A stretch of DNA of 64,000 nucleotides from Felis catus (lineage: Eukaryota). The translations under genes and the position numbers were made by a program. Every line of letters starts with the position of its first letter. Position 1 is the stretch's first letter. Positions 24,310-36,760 of the stretch are shown here, one piece after another. The notes beneath the pieces are model-generated. The model saw only the letters and a program-made list of their open reading frames with translations, was not told the DNA's origin and did not search any database. The DNA is taken from positions 152,832,001 through 152,896,000 of the forward strand of contig NC_058368.1 of NCBI RefSeq assembly GCF_018350175.1, written 5' to 3'.

Positions 24310-25550
24310 ATAAAACGCATTAGTTCAAGTACTTGTTGAGTGCTTTCCATGTTCCAGGTCCTCTTCTGGGCACTGAGAATACACTGGTGACCTAGACAGA
24401 CCTCGCCTCTGTTCTCTTAGAGTTTTCAGAGCAATAAACAAAAAGAAAATTATGTGATAGCACTTAAGTGCTCTGCAGGGATGTAAAATTGAGAAACACA
24501 ATCGTGAGTTACCTCTAGATTGACTACTCTACTACTCTAGACTCAGAGTTGTTGACTACTCTAGATTAGATGGTGACGTGATATTTAAGCTGAACACTGG
24601 ATGCTGAGAGAGAGATGGTCACGTAATTGTTAGAGGGATGAGCATTTGGGGAGAAGGAATAAATGTGTATCTACAAGCCTGGCATGTTTGAGGTACGGAG
24701 AGTTCCATGTGGTAGTGGGCTTGGGTGGTCGGGGGTAGCAGCACAAGGTGGATCAGAGAAGTCGAGAGGTGTTTGATCACAGCGACCCTCCTTAGCCAGA
24801 CTAAAGAGCATTCTAAGTGCAAACAGGATACCATTAGAGAGTTTGAAGTGGGGGGATGGTGTTGATGTCCCTGGATTGCCATTTTAAGTAGCTCCCTTTT
24901 GACTGTTCTAAGGAAAATGAAATGTCAAGAAGCCAGAGTAGAAGCAGGGAGGTTAGTTAGGAGGCTCTTGCCCTGTGTCGTCCAGGGTCAAGATGACAGT
25001 GGCTCAGACGGGTGGAGATGGGATGGTGAGGAGTGAATAGATATTGAGTATGTTTTGGAGAAAACACTAGATTAGTGGAGGCTGAGGGAAGGCGGAATGA
25101 AGAATAACTGCTGCAATTTCAGTTGAGCAGCTGGTTAAATTGTAGTGCTGTTTACTGAGATGCAGAAGCTTGGCAGAAAACCAAGAGTTCTGTTTTGGCC
25201 ATGTTAATTGGAGATTGATACCGGACGTCCCAGTGCAGGGTCGGGCAGGCAGGGGCATGTGTAAGTATGGGTTGCGGTTGCGGGGAGGGGAGAAGCTGCT
25301 GACGTGTGGAGGCATTTGAAACTATGTGGCCTAAGGTGCGTAGATAGGGACGTGAAGGAGACAGCCTGAAGTCCCCAGCTGCCAGCAGTGAACTCTCTGA
25401 GGAAAGAGAGCCAGCCAAGAAACCTGAGATGTAGAGGCGGAGGAAAACTGGGAAGGTATGTATCATGGAGGCCACTGAAGACAGGATGCAGCATTGCCAG
25501 AAAGAGGCAGTGGTCAGCTGCATGCCCAGTGCTGCGGAAAGAGGAAAGAA
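24310..25550 (-). mobile_element. L2 relic
   Basis: AGTACTTGTTGAGTGC...CCAGG...CTGGGCACTGAGAATAC and GAGTTCTGTTTTGGCCATGTT L2-like motifs; purine-rich; boundaries approximate. Confidence 0.7.
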
Positions 25551-26008
25551 GCAAAGAGAAATTCCCAATTTTCTTTCCTTGCAGATATGAAAAGTATATG
25601 AGTTTATATTATAGAAATATTTAAAAAGGCATTTAGAATATAATTTTGTTTTTTATAACAATTTAAGAAATGTTGTGTTTGTTTTACACTAGGAATTTAT
25701 TTAGGTGTATTTAAAAGAAGTTACACACCCATAAGATTTTTCACATGGTTTTATTATCTTATTCAAATGGGTTTTGGTTGACAGAACCTGTGCATACAGC
25801 AAGACAGTGTTGTATTCATACTATTTAAGTTTTTATTTCTCTAAAATATATATTTAAAATACATGCTTTTATATTTTTGTTATCCTGTGGTGATGACAAA
25901 TGACCAGGTATTCATATTTTTCTTTACTTACTAAGCATATACATTGTTATCCCTGAAAACTTATATCCTGTAATTAGGTAGTTTATATTTGCAAATATTA
26001 GTATTTTT

Positions 26009-26249
26009 ATTTTTTTAATTTTTAATTAAAAAATTGTTTTTCAATGTTTAGTTTTGAAAGACAGAGAGAGACAGAGACAGAGTGTGAGCAGGGGAGGGGC
26101 AGAGAGAGAGAGGGAAATAGAATCCTAAGCAGGCTCCTGGCCCTGAATTGTCAACACAGAGCCCTGCATGGGGCTTGAACTCAAGAGCCATGAGATCATG
26201 ACCAGAGCCGAAGTTGGACATGTAACTGATTGAGCCACGCAGATGCCCC
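26009..26249 (-). mobile_element. CanSINE
   Basis: TSD CAAATATTAGTATTTTT. Confidence 0.93.
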
Positions 26250-26383
26250 TCAAATATTAGTATTTTTTAAAGACATGAGGAATTTGCTGGAGGTATCATA
26301 GAATAATTTTCATACATAGATATATTTGTTTCTAATACTACATACCCTGCAAAGTAATTCTTTGTTTAAAATTGATTATCTCT

Positions 26384-26513
26384 GGGGCACCTGGTTGGCT
26401 TAGTCAGTAGATTATGCCATTCTTGATCTCAGGGTTGTGAGTTTGACCTCCTCATTGAGTGTAGAGATTACTTTTTAAAATTTTTTAAAATAAAGAAATA
26501 AATAAAAAACTTG
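26384..26513 (+). mobile_element. Short old CanSINE lacking the CT tract
   Basis: GGGGCACCTGGTTGGCTTAGTCAGTAG...GTAGAGATTACT; TSD AAATTG.T.ATCTCT. Confidence 0.85.
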
Positions 26514-26551
26514 AAATTGGTCATCTCTATTAAAAACACAATACCCTTCAG

Positions 26552-26791
26552 GTGAACTGGGAGATATTAGGACCCAATTCTCAAGAAGCTTTACCACCAC
26601 AGAACAGAGACATTGCAGACCCAGTGAGTGGATTCTTCTATTTTGGAGAGGGAGAAGGTGGTGTGAGAACCATCACTCTGACAGTCTATCCTCATGAAGA
26701 TGTTGAAGTTGAAGAGATTTTCATTATTAAACTTGAACTTGTGAAAGGAGAAGCTAAATTAGACTCCAGATCTAAAGATATTACTATAACA
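26552..26791 (+). CDS. ADGRV1: ADGRV1 exon (window exon 16, ~68), 240 nt, phase 0-0
   Basis: ccttcag|GTG AAC TGG...ATA ACA|gtaagt; VNWEILGPNSQEALPPQNRDIADPVSG...KDITIT. Confidence 0.95.
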
Positions 26792-27360
26792 GTAAGTCCA
26801 ACTTTATTTTTCCCACAAAATTTTGGATTTAATGAATTTATCAAAAAATGCATTTTATATTTGTTGAAACTCCATGGGCTTAAGATGTATTGAAAGTCAT
26901 AAAACCAGATGAAGTCAGAATAATTCCTATGGACCAGACTTTCTGGTTATTATATTAGTTCATTATATAGCTTGATTATTGGTAGTTACTTTTTAAGTGG
27001 CCTTCATGTAGTGTGATAAATACTTATTTTGCTCCCTGAGAAAATTTGGTGTTTTGGAAATATTTTTGCACTTTTAGACAGGAGCTGTTTGTTACATCAT
27101 CCTAAACATTGGGTATCCTTGCTGTGAAAGTACATAAAAGTTATTAACTCAGTCACAAGGCAGATTGTTGGGAGAAAGAATGGTTATTTGTTCAATTAGC
27201 ACAATGATGTGTTGCATCAACTCTGAATTTAGTGTATTTTATATGAATGAACCATTTAGTCCATTAGGGGTAGAAAGTGCTGGGGACCAAGGCTACTGTG
27301 AAAATGATCTAGAGAGATATTCTTTTTTTTTTTTTTAAGCTTAGAAAATAGTCTGGGGTC

Positions 27361-27775
27361 TGTATCAGTCAGACTTCTCCAGAAAAACAGAGAGAAAGAT
27401 TGACTAAAAAAAAAATGGCTCACACGTTTGTGAAGGTTGACAAGTCCAAAGTCCATAGAGCAGGCTGGTAGGAAGGTTAGGAAAGACTTGCAGTCGTGAT
27501 CTTGAGTTTGAATTTTGTGGGACAGGTTGGCAGAATGGAAACTCAAGCCGGATTCCTAAATTGCAGTGTTGAGGCAGAATTCCTTTTCTTCTGGGAAGCT
27601 CTAGTGTTTGCTCTAAAGGCCTTCAGATGATTGGATGAGGCCCACACACAATATCAAGGGTAATCTCTTTCACTCAAGTCAACCAATTGTAAATATTAAT
27701 CACGTCTATAAAATACTTTCACAACAAAATCTAGGCTAGTGTTTGACTGAACAATTAGGCCTGGTAAAGTGAAGC
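27361..27775. mobile_element. MLT2-type ERVL solo LTR relic
   Basis: TGTATCAGTCAG..TTCTCCAGAAAAACAGA start; GGCCTTCA..TGATTGGATGAGGCCCACACAC motif. Confidence 0.75.
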
Positions 27776-28073
27776 AAACATGAGGCAAATCAAATCAAAT
27801 TCAGGCATTGAAGTACTATCCTTCTGAGACTCTACAAATTACAGTTTTCCAGACACTCTCATTACCCTTGGGAATAAGAACCTACTTGTTTTAGATAACA
27901 ATCAGTGTACTGAAGAAGCTTTTGAAAAATCAGGTAGCTAGGCAGATTATATTCAAGACTTATTTCTGTGTTTCTTTCGTTTCTTCAGCTTATCTGCATG
28001 TTGATATGTTAGGTACTGTAATTTCATCTGTAGTTGTTATATTATTCATTCTGCTATCTTTTTCTGTTTTTAG

Positions 28074-28223
28074 ATACAGAAGTTTGGTGATCCAAATGGG
28101 GTTGTTCAGTTTGCTCCTGAGTCTTTATCTGAGAAGACCTATTCAGAGCCGTCGGCTCTGGAAGGGCCCCTGATCATTACTTTCTTTGTCAAAAGAGTCA
28201 AGGGCATTTTTGGAGAAATTATG
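28074..28223 (+). CDS. ADGRV1: ADGRV1 exon (window exon 17, ~69), 150 nt, phase 0-0; ORF track shows a different frame
   Basis: tttttag|ATA CAG AAG...ATT ATG|gtacta; IQKFGDPNGVVQFAPESLSEKTYSEPSALEGPLIITFFVKRVKGIFGEIM. Confidence 0.93.
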
Positions 28224-29299
28224 GTACTATTTTTCATTTGATTTTTAAATAGTGTGACAATTTGCCTAACAAACGTGATTGTGAAGAACAGAGAAACTGT
28301 ATGTTAGGTAAAAATTTTAGAAGTAACATGAGTTTCAGAGAAGCCGAGAAGGTTCATTTCAGCACCTTTGAGTTCTCCAGCCAACATCAACCTCTAGCTG
28401 TTTCTCTAAACCCAGCTATACTTTGATTGAAAAGATCTTTCTCACACTTAGTCATGAAGGTTGTGACTGAATTATTTTGTATTTTCTTATTTGCTCTGAT
28501 GTTTAACTTTTCCTACTTAAGTCCCTCAATGAGTTTTGTAAATTGCTTAATCTATTCTTTAGAGCTTTATTTCTCAGTATAATTTTCTCATTTACCAACT
28601 GATTTTTAAGAGGTTGCATTTGCATGTATATTGACATAGACTGTTTGGGGATGCTCTTGTAAATCATCGGGATGTTTGTCTAACAGATCAAGGTTGTTTG
28701 TTTGCTAGCAGAACATACTTTGCAGTTTCTTTATGAACTTAACTCTTTTCACATATTGGAGATTAACTGGTACTTCCTCAGTGGAAACTTTATGGTTAGG
28801 GGTACAAAAATTCTTGGAAAAGAATTTTTAATTCTTGAAATCTTGTAGATATTCCCTTTTTGTTAAAAGTGAACCCAAACAAATTCCAGTATGAAGCATC
28901 AGATTCTCTACTCGCTTTTTATCTTCAAGTATTGTCTGTGATTCAAATGCCTATCAAATACATATTCAGAACTCTAGAATGTATTTATGGAACTGCCATT
29001 CCAAAGTTAACTTTGCTTTGCTTTATCTCTTCAAATCATGTTGTTATTTTAGAAGTGAAATGAGATTTTGTAATCTTGTCCTGCAAATTGCATACAATAG
29101 TCTGAAAGAGTTCATATACTTTCATGATGCTAATGTCATTCTGCCATACTTTCTAAACTGACTCTTTGGAGAGTCTGGCTTTGACTATGACGCTGCACAA
29201 TTCAGAGTTAGTTTTTGTATATTATGGGGGAAATATAAAGGCTTTTGATTCAATATACTGAATTATGTGACTTTGTTGGATTATTTCCTTTTATTTTAG

Positions 29300-29773
29300 G
29301 TTTACTGGGAAATAAGCAGTGTGTTTGACATTACTGGAGACTTTCTTTCTACAAAAGGATTTTTCACTATTGCTGATGGAGAGAGTGAAGTGAGATTTGA
29401 TGTTCATCTGCTGCCAGATGATATACCTGAGATTGAAGAAGATTATGTGATCCGGCTTGTTTCTGTAGAGGGAGGAGCAGAACTGGATCCAGAGAAATGC
29501 ATCACCCAGTTCTCTGTTTCTGCAAATGATGACCCGCATGGAGTATTTGCTCTGTATTCAGATTACCAGTCAATCCTTGTAGGGCAAAACCTTAGTAGAT
29601 TCATCCAAATTAACATAACCCGGCTTGCTGGAACATTTGGAGACGTGGCTGTTGGGTTTCGGATCTCTTCTGACCAAAAGGAGCAGCTAGTTGTTAGTGA
29701 ACATTCAGAGAGGCAGCTGGTGGTCAAAGACGGCGCCAGATATAAAGTGGACCTGGTGCCAGTGAGGAGTCAG
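29300..29773 (+). CDS. ADGRV1: ADGRV1 exon (window exon 18, ~70), 474 nt, phase 0-0
   Basis: attttag|GTT TAC TGG...AGT CAG|gtttgt; VYWEISSVFDITGDF...LPDDIPEIEEDY...ANDDPHGVF...VPVRSQ. Confidence 0.96.
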
Positions 29774-30611
29774 GTTTGTAGCATTTCTTCAGTTTCCTGA
29801 CCGTTTCAAGGAGAGGCCTGGCTTATCTCGTTTTCAGCTTAAAATCTTACTGAGATATTTAAATATAACCATAAAAAAATGACATAGAAATGCATAATAA
29901 TTATTGAATGAGACATGTGCAGTTTATAAATGCATTTAGTATATTCCCATTTGGTAATAACGTATTTTTGTTTAAATGCAGCTGACACTTAACACAGTAC
30001 TTATTTCTAACATTCCTGTAGTTCTTTGGGAAATTGACTCGATGCCCTGACCCTGTTGTATTAATTTCTAGCTTCCATTTCCTGTTTCTGAAAATTTTCC
30101 AGACTGGAATAAAGACTGCAAAGCTGGGGAAGTGGGAGATGGATGAACTTGACCAGAATATGATTGTATTAAGTCTCACTGACAAATTAGAAGAGTTTTT
30201 TTAAAAAAATACAGTGTGCCTAAATTATGTAACAAAACATTTTCTTATACCTATCTATGTAATATCACCTTGTGAATGCATTCAAGTTTTAATTTCTGTT
30301 AATGAGCACCAGGGGACATTCCTTTAGCTTTTCTAGGAGTAGCTTCATATTGTTTTATAGTGAGATTTCATTTGACAGTAAGACCTGCCACAGTGAAGAT
30401 TTGATATTCTGTTATTTTACTAAGCCATATGGATAGTACAAAACTATTCTCAGACTATGTGTAGGAAATCCAAAATAAGTGATATATATTACAGGGACTA
30501 AAAGCCTTGATCTGCCTAACTCCTAGATTGTCTCTTGTAGTGCATGGTACCTGGAACATTTTGAAGGATGTTAGTCTTCTTTTCCTTTCACTTGAAAAGA
30601 TGAATGGTATA

Positions 30612-30931
30612 CAGTTGACCCTTGAGCAACATGAGTTGAGCTGTGCGGGTTCACTTACAGGTGGATGTGTTTCAGCAAATATAGTACAGCACTGTAAATG
30701 TATTTTCCCTTATGATTTTCTTAAGAACATTTTCTTCTCTCCAGCTTGCTTTATTGCAAGAATACAGTAGTAATATGTGAAAACTTATCAAATATGTGTT
30801 AATTGACTGTTCATGTTATCAGTAAGGCTTCTAGTCAACAGTAGGCCATCAGTAGTTAAGTTTTGGAGAATCAAAAGTTATGTGCATATTTTCTTCTTCT
30901 AACTAATATCCCAGTCTTCAAAGAGCAATGC
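30612..30931 (+). mobile_element. Tigger2a-like TcMar DNA transposon relic
   Basis: TA|CAGTTGACCCTTGAGCAAC TIR; internal GGCTTCTAGTCAACAGTAGGC...AGTTAAGTTTTGG motif; degenerate right TIR. Confidence 0.8.
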
Positions 30932-31976
30932 ATTATATCTAGAGCATAAGGGAAAAAGGAGACCACTGAAAAAATCTTAACCCTCGATTTATGCACATGC
31001 CCCACCTTAACGGCCCAGCCAGTGAACTGTGTGGAAGAAGGGTGCACCCCTAGAAGAGAGGTGGGAGGCACATGCTTGAAGTGAGGACACTGATTTATTT
31101 CTGTTGCCTTAGCACTTGATCTATGAGTCATATTCAGTGAGTGTCACTTTGAAAAAATGAAGATTGATTGCATGATTGAAGCATCTGTTATCCTCATGTT
31201 ACATAACATTTGAAACTACTAGGGTACATATTTTGCACATTTGGAGGACTGTGGTGTATGTTTAACTACATTATATTTAAAAGAAGAACAGACTCCACAA
31301 AAATGGTTATTTTTTCATTCAATAAAGATGTACAGAGTTTTTAGTAATAGTCCAGATTATGAGATGACTTGGAGGCTTATCCATTATCAACAGCCATGTT
31401 TCTGTGGGAAAATGCTTTGTAAATTTAAAAAAATCCATTTTAGAGTAACATTAATTTTTAAATTCAGAATTTCCCTTTTTTAGTTAGATTTGAAAACTTT
31501 AAAACTTTGTAATCTAATACATTTTATTAGTAATTTTTATTTATCCAAAATATTTGGATGATCAGTACACCTACATCATTATCCGTTTTGAGTAAATCTC
31601 ATTAGCATAGTAATTATCACTCGATGGAGAAGAAGAAAGTGAGTTTTAGATGCTGACTGTTCACCAGTGCGCTCTTTTATTCCTGTGGTACATGATTCCA
31701 TTACTAATGTGACTTCTGTGATTGTTATCATTCTTGAGGCATTTGGACACACATGGAAGATTTGCAAATTTGTGTTTTTACACTCGATCACTCTTCACCC
31801 CATAGTCTTTGTACTTGTGATTTGTTTTATGACCTGAGGGAAAAGACATATATTGATGAAACTGTATGAAAGGACCGTGAGATGTTGTGCTAATGACTCC
31901 TGTCAAATGTCAGTATTTTTCTCTGAAAATTATTTTTTATACTACTAAAGAAGTCATTGATACTGATTGTTTATAG

Positions 31977-32120
31977 GTCTTCTTATCCCTGGGCTCTAAT
32001 TTCACCTTGCAACTGCTGACTGTGATGCTTGTCAGTGGGCGTTTCTACGGCATGCCAAAAATTCTCCAGGAAGCAAAATCTACTGTCCTTCCTGTCCCTG
32101 AGAAAGCCGCCAATTCTCAG
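31977..32120 (+). CDS. ADGRV1: ADGRV1 exon (window exon 19, ~71), 144 nt, phase 0-0; absent from ORF track
   Basis: tttatag|GTC TTC TTA...TCT CAG|gtaatg; VFLSLGSNFTLQLLTVMLVSGRFYGMPKILQEAKSTVLPVPEKAANSQ. Confidence 0.95.
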
Positions 32121-32153
32121 GTAATGGGTCCAGGGTGTGTAACCGTCGTAGAA

Positions 32154-32167
32154 CCACTAGAGGGCAG
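32154..32167 (+). promoter_or_regulatory. Candidate CTCF core motif
   Basis: CCACTAGAGGGCAG matches CCASYAGRKGGCRS at all 14 positions; motif match only, no binding data. Confidence 0.55.
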
Positions 32168-33302
32168 CTTTCACAGGAAGGATTAAAAAGATTCTTAGAC
32201 ATAAAATTGCTCAAGATTCATTATTTCCTTAAATCAGTATCAAAGTAGATGCATTGATTATAGATGCATTTTATGAAAGTAATTTTCCAATTTTTGACAT
32301 TTTCCTTTTTGGAGATTTAGAAAGTTGGTGTCTCATAGAACGTGAATATAAGGATTTTGAAAATAACCGTCACCTAGAATAAAAATTTCCAGGTTTTTGT
32401 TGTTGTTGTTAGTGAATATTTCATGTTGAGATATTTTATGCTAAATAATTAAAATTAGAACAAAACATCAGTTAATATTTCAGACTTCTTCATTTACTCA
32501 TTGTGAATATTTTTCTTTCATTTTGAGAGCCCTTTTTATTGTGCCATGTTTGTGCTGATGGAGACAAATCGTGATAGGATCCTGTGACTTGGTTGTCCCT
32601 GCATATCTGAATCTTCTACAGGAGTTCAGTGTGGGAAAGAGTGTTTCCTAATCACTTCGTAAATTCACAGGAGAACAAAGAATAACTTGAGGGCTTTAAT
32701 TCCTATGTAGGCAGATTCTGTCAGTATACGAGCAAGGCAGGGGCTGTTGTCTCTGGCTCATGGTAATGTGTGTATTTCTTAGACGACGGTGAGATAACAT
32801 TGCATCTTTTTCCTTCAGATGGGAGCTCCTTCAGCTTTGATTGATTAAGGCGGGCCTAGACCAATGTGTAGACATGTAGTCTCTGCAGCTGATAGAGCTG
32901 GCCAGAAGCTTGTGTAACAGGGTCTCTGACCATTAAGCAGATCCTCTTCAGAAACTCCCTCCTGGGCTGCAGGGATGGATTTGCTTATCCCCTAGGTGGA
33001 ATCCATCAGCATTAAAATATAACTGAGAAGAATAGTTTTCTTTCTTCTGCACCTCATCTGTTCAAGAGGGAATGGAGGACTATAACTTAATAAATAATAC
33101 TTTGAAGTTTTGTTGTCTTCTTGTTACTCACAGGTCGTTATAAAAAAAGATTGCTTTCAACATGAACCATTTATTTGGCATAGCAAAATATTTCCTACTC
33201 CTTGTCCATGCACATGGTTGTGACATGTATCACCTCAAAGGGCAAGATTGGGGCCTCCTGTCCTTGATGTATCCTCTGTACTCCTTACCAGTGTTTGTAT
33301 GT

Positions 33303-33303
<1 letters not shown>

Positions 33304-33349
<46 letters not shown>
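33304..33349. repeat. (GT)n microsatellite, about 22 units
   Basis: Uninterrupted GT run. Confidence 0.97.
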
Positions 33350-33350
<1 letters not shown>

Positions 33351-33363
33351 GTGGCTAGAAGAC

Positions 33364-33572
33364 TTTTTTTTTTTAATTGTTTATTTTTGAGAGGGAAAGA
33401 GACAGAGTGTGAGTAGGGGAGGGGCAGAGAGAGAGGGAGACACAGAATCTGAAGCAGGCTCCAGGCTCTGAGCTGTCAGCACAAAGCCTGACGTGGGGCT
33501 CAAACTCACAAACTGAGATCATGACCTGAGCTGAAGTCGGACACTTAACTGACTGAGCCACCCAGGTGCCCC
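33364..33572 (-). mobile_element. CanSINE
   Basis: TSD TGTG.CTAGAA.ACTTT. Confidence 0.93.
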
Positions 33573-33813
33573 ATGTGACTAGAACACTTTCAAACAGCCA
33601 CTAGCCATGGAGCAGGTATGATCTTAAATATGTCAAAGCTTTTGACATTTGCTGAACAGAAACCTCACTATAATAGAGAATCTAGGCTGGTGTAAAATGA
33701 AAATTTTGTTTTTGTTTTTTCCTTTTTCTTTTCTGTAGCTCCAGAGGCTCTTCTGTGGTACCTTCTTACACTTTTCTGCTACTTTCCTTTCCGATTTAAA
33801 ATGGGGAAAATGA

Positions 33814-34054
33814 GGGGTTCCTGGGTGGCTCAGTCAGTTAAGTGTCCGACTTCAGGTCAGGTCATGATCCCACAGCTTGTGTGTTCAAGCCCTACATCAC
33901 GCTTTGTGCTGACAGCTCAAAGACTGGCACCTACTTTGGATTCTGTGTCTCCCTCTCTCTCTGCCCCTCCCCTGCTTGCTCTTTGTCTCTCTCTCTCTTG
34001 ATCTCAAAAATAAATAAATATAAAAAAAAAGAAGTCTGGAATATTGAAGAAAAA
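33814..34054 (+). mobile_element. CanSINE with extra 3' sequence
   Basis: TSD TAAAATGGGG.AAATGAG at 33797 and 34055. Confidence 0.92.
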
Positions 34055-34654
34055 TAAAATGGGGCAAATGAGTCTTAATATAGAACTGTCAATCATATGG
34101 TATCCCAATTTATTGGTATTGGGCCCAAAAGAGGTAAACTGAGTTATCCAAATCACAGTGTGAAGCCAGGAATCTGGTTTTATTTTTACTTATTGGCCAG
34201 AACTTATTTCATCTATAAATCATTTTTAAGTCCCAGAGTTCCCTGAAAAGGTTACCCTTAAAACAAGATCTTACTTGATATGGATGAAAAAGATGATTAT
34301 TTAAAAAAAAATCTTTGGAGGTTTCTGGTCCTCAAAAAAATACTAAATTGAGTCAAAGAGCTGGAAAGAATCTTAATAGAAAATCTAGTGTATGGTGCTC
34401 ATTTTAAAAATGAAGAATTTATTGTTATATCTTGGAAAGAAGTCAGATTTCAGTTCTAGATAAACCAGATTCTATAAAAACCCATGAACAAATCATTAAA
34501 ATTTTTAATCTTTTGCTTTCATTTTTAACAAATTACATTTGTCTTTTTTGGGTCTTGTAAATTCAGAGGATTATATTTTGATTAAAAAAAAGGTATAAAC
34601 TATCATTGGAGTTACAAAATTGAATAAATTTCCAAATCTCAGATGTCATTTCTT

Positions 34655-34885
34655 TTTATTTATTTTATTTTATTTTATTTTTTTAATGTTTATTTATTTT
34701 TGAGACAGAGAGAGACAGAGCATGCACGAGGGAGGGTCAGAGAGAGAGGGAGACAGAATCGGAAGCAGGCTCCAGGCTCTGAGCTGTCAGCACAGAGCCC
34801 GATGCGGGGCTCGAACTCACGGACTGTGAGATCATGACCTGAGCCGAAGTCAGCCGCTTAACCGACTGAGCCACCCAGGTGCCCC
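34655..34885 (-). mobile_element. CanSINE
   Basis: TSD TCAGATGTCATTTCTT. Confidence 0.95.
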
Positions 34886-35041
34886 TCAGATGTCATTTCT
34901 TAAGCATTACTCTTGAATTGAATATTTTCAAAACAAGAAAATAGATTGTATAAATAAAGAGAAAGTTGACTTATAACCCACTGTTTAGAAAACAGGAATG
35001 TTTAGAAAGAAATAAAATATTCTAAGCATGTTTTTTCTCAG

Positions 35042-35216
35042 GTTGGATTTGAATCTACTGCTTTTCCACTCACGGACGTCACTGCGGGAACAAGCCACAT
35101 TGTGATTTCTAGGAGAGGCACATATGGCTCTCTCGTGGTTGCCTGGGTGGCTGGATATGCTCCTGGGTTAGAAATCCCAGAATTCATTGTTGTTGGCAAT
35201 ATGACCCCAAAATTAG
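35042..35216 (+). CDS. ADGRV1: ADGRV1 exon (window exon 20, ~72), 175 nt, phase 0-1; absent from ORF track
   Basis: ttctcag|GTT GGA TTT...TTA G|gtgagt; VGFESTAFPLTDVTAGTSHIVISRRGTYGSLVVAWVAGYAPGLEIPEFIVVGNMTPKL. Confidence 0.95.
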
Positions 35217-35316
35217 GTGAGTTGTAGCTTTTCTAAGATCTGCCCTATAAGACATGGAGATGTGTAATTGGCCACTCATTTTCTTGGACTGTCGTTACTC
35301 TGGATAATGAACTGTG

Positions 35317-35802
35317 TTTTGTTTTTGTTTTTTGCTTCTTAATGTTTATGTTTTAAAGAGAGAGAGCAAGCTGGGGAGGGGCAGAGAGGGCGGGTGGGGG
35401 GGGGGGAGGGCAGAGGATCCAAAGCAGGCTCCATGCTTGCAGCAGAGACCCTGATGTGGAGCTCAAACTCATGAACCACGAGATCATGACCTGAGCCACC
35501 CAGGCACCCCTTGTTTTTTTTTTTTTTAATGTTTATTTATCGATTTTGAGACAGAAAGCAAGCAGAGGAGGGGCAGAGAGGGAGAGAGAGAATCCCAAGC
35601 AGGCTCTGTGCTATCAGTGTGGAGCCTGACCTGGCTCCACCACACAAACCACGAGATCGTGACCTGAGCTGAAACCAAGAGTTGGACACTCAACTGACTG
35701 AGCCACCCAAGCGCCCTGAACCATTTTTCTTTTCTTTTTCTTTTTCTTTTTTTAAGTTTATTCATTTATTTTGAGAGAGAGAGACAGTGTGGGTAGGGAA
35801 GT

Positions 35803-35842
<40 letters not shown>

Positions 35843-35953
35843 CTCCCATTCAGGCACTGCACTGTCAGTGGGGTTCAAACTCACAAACCCTGAGATAATT
35901 AATGACCTGTGCTGAAGTCGGATGCTTAACTGACTGAGCCTCCCAGGTGCCCC
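35317..35953 (-). mobile_element. Three stacked antisense CanSINEs (35317-35510, 35511-35716, 35724-35953)
   Basis: Three successive poly-T / (GA)n / tRNA-like head units. Confidence 0.92.
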
Positions 35954-36253
35954 ACCATTTGTTTTCTAATACACTGCTTTCATATTTGAGTGATCAGAGT
36001 TGGTAAAAATGAGAAACTTTATTCAATCAAAATAAAAACTTTATACCTCACCTGGAAATAGTGGTCACTAAGCAGATGATTCTGTCGATATATTAGTTTA
36101 TTAAAAGTAGTTCTAAAAACTTAATGTGCCTGTATAATATTAAAAAAAGGTAGAACTTTGTATTCATTTGTGTGTTCACCTGAATATTTCTCACAATAGA
36201 GTGGCTGTTGCTTCATTTTCTTTCTTTCTTTCTTTTTTAATTATACCGTTAGC

Positions 36254-36485
36254 GGGGCGCCTGGGTGGCGCAGTCGGTTAAGCGTCCGACTTCAGCCAGG
36301 TCACGATCTCGCGGTCCGTGAGTCCGAGCCCTGCGTCAGGCTCTGGGCTGATGGCTTGGAGCCTGCAGCCTGTTTCCGATTCTGGATTCTGTGTCTCCCT
36401 CTCTCTCTGCCCCTCCCCCGTTCATGCTCTGTCTCTCTCTGTCCCAAAAATAAATAAAAACGTTGGAAAAAAAAATTAAAAAAAA
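36254..36485 (+). mobile_element. CanSINE, young feline subfamily
   Basis: Perfect 15-bp TSD AATTATACCGTTAGC (36239 and 36486). Confidence 0.96.
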
Positions 36486-36760
36486 AATTATACCGTTAGC
36501 TCTGTGAGGGTCCCTGAGACCTAAATGTTAGATGATGTGACCTCTACCATGCGGAACAGACAGGGATTGAAGGCAGAACTTGTGGCGTAATGACCTTTCT
36601 CTAAGTTTACTTCCCCTTCTGCCTTTTTGAATGTTTTAACCTTTTGTAGACTGTCACAGAATTTTGGAAAAGACAGTATTTTACTGCATTTTTAAGAGTT
36701 GTATCCCAGTGTAAGAACTCATAAATAATACCCTGATTCTCTTGTCCTCTTCCCTTCCAG

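Noticed and set aside
25067..25624. Cluster of overlapping ORFs up to 138 aa
   Set aside because: They lie in a GC-richer L2 relic and have no recognisable motif or splice context
36254..36340. tRNA-like A/B boxes as tRNA genes
   Set aside because: These are SINE heads followed by CT tracts, A tails and TSDs
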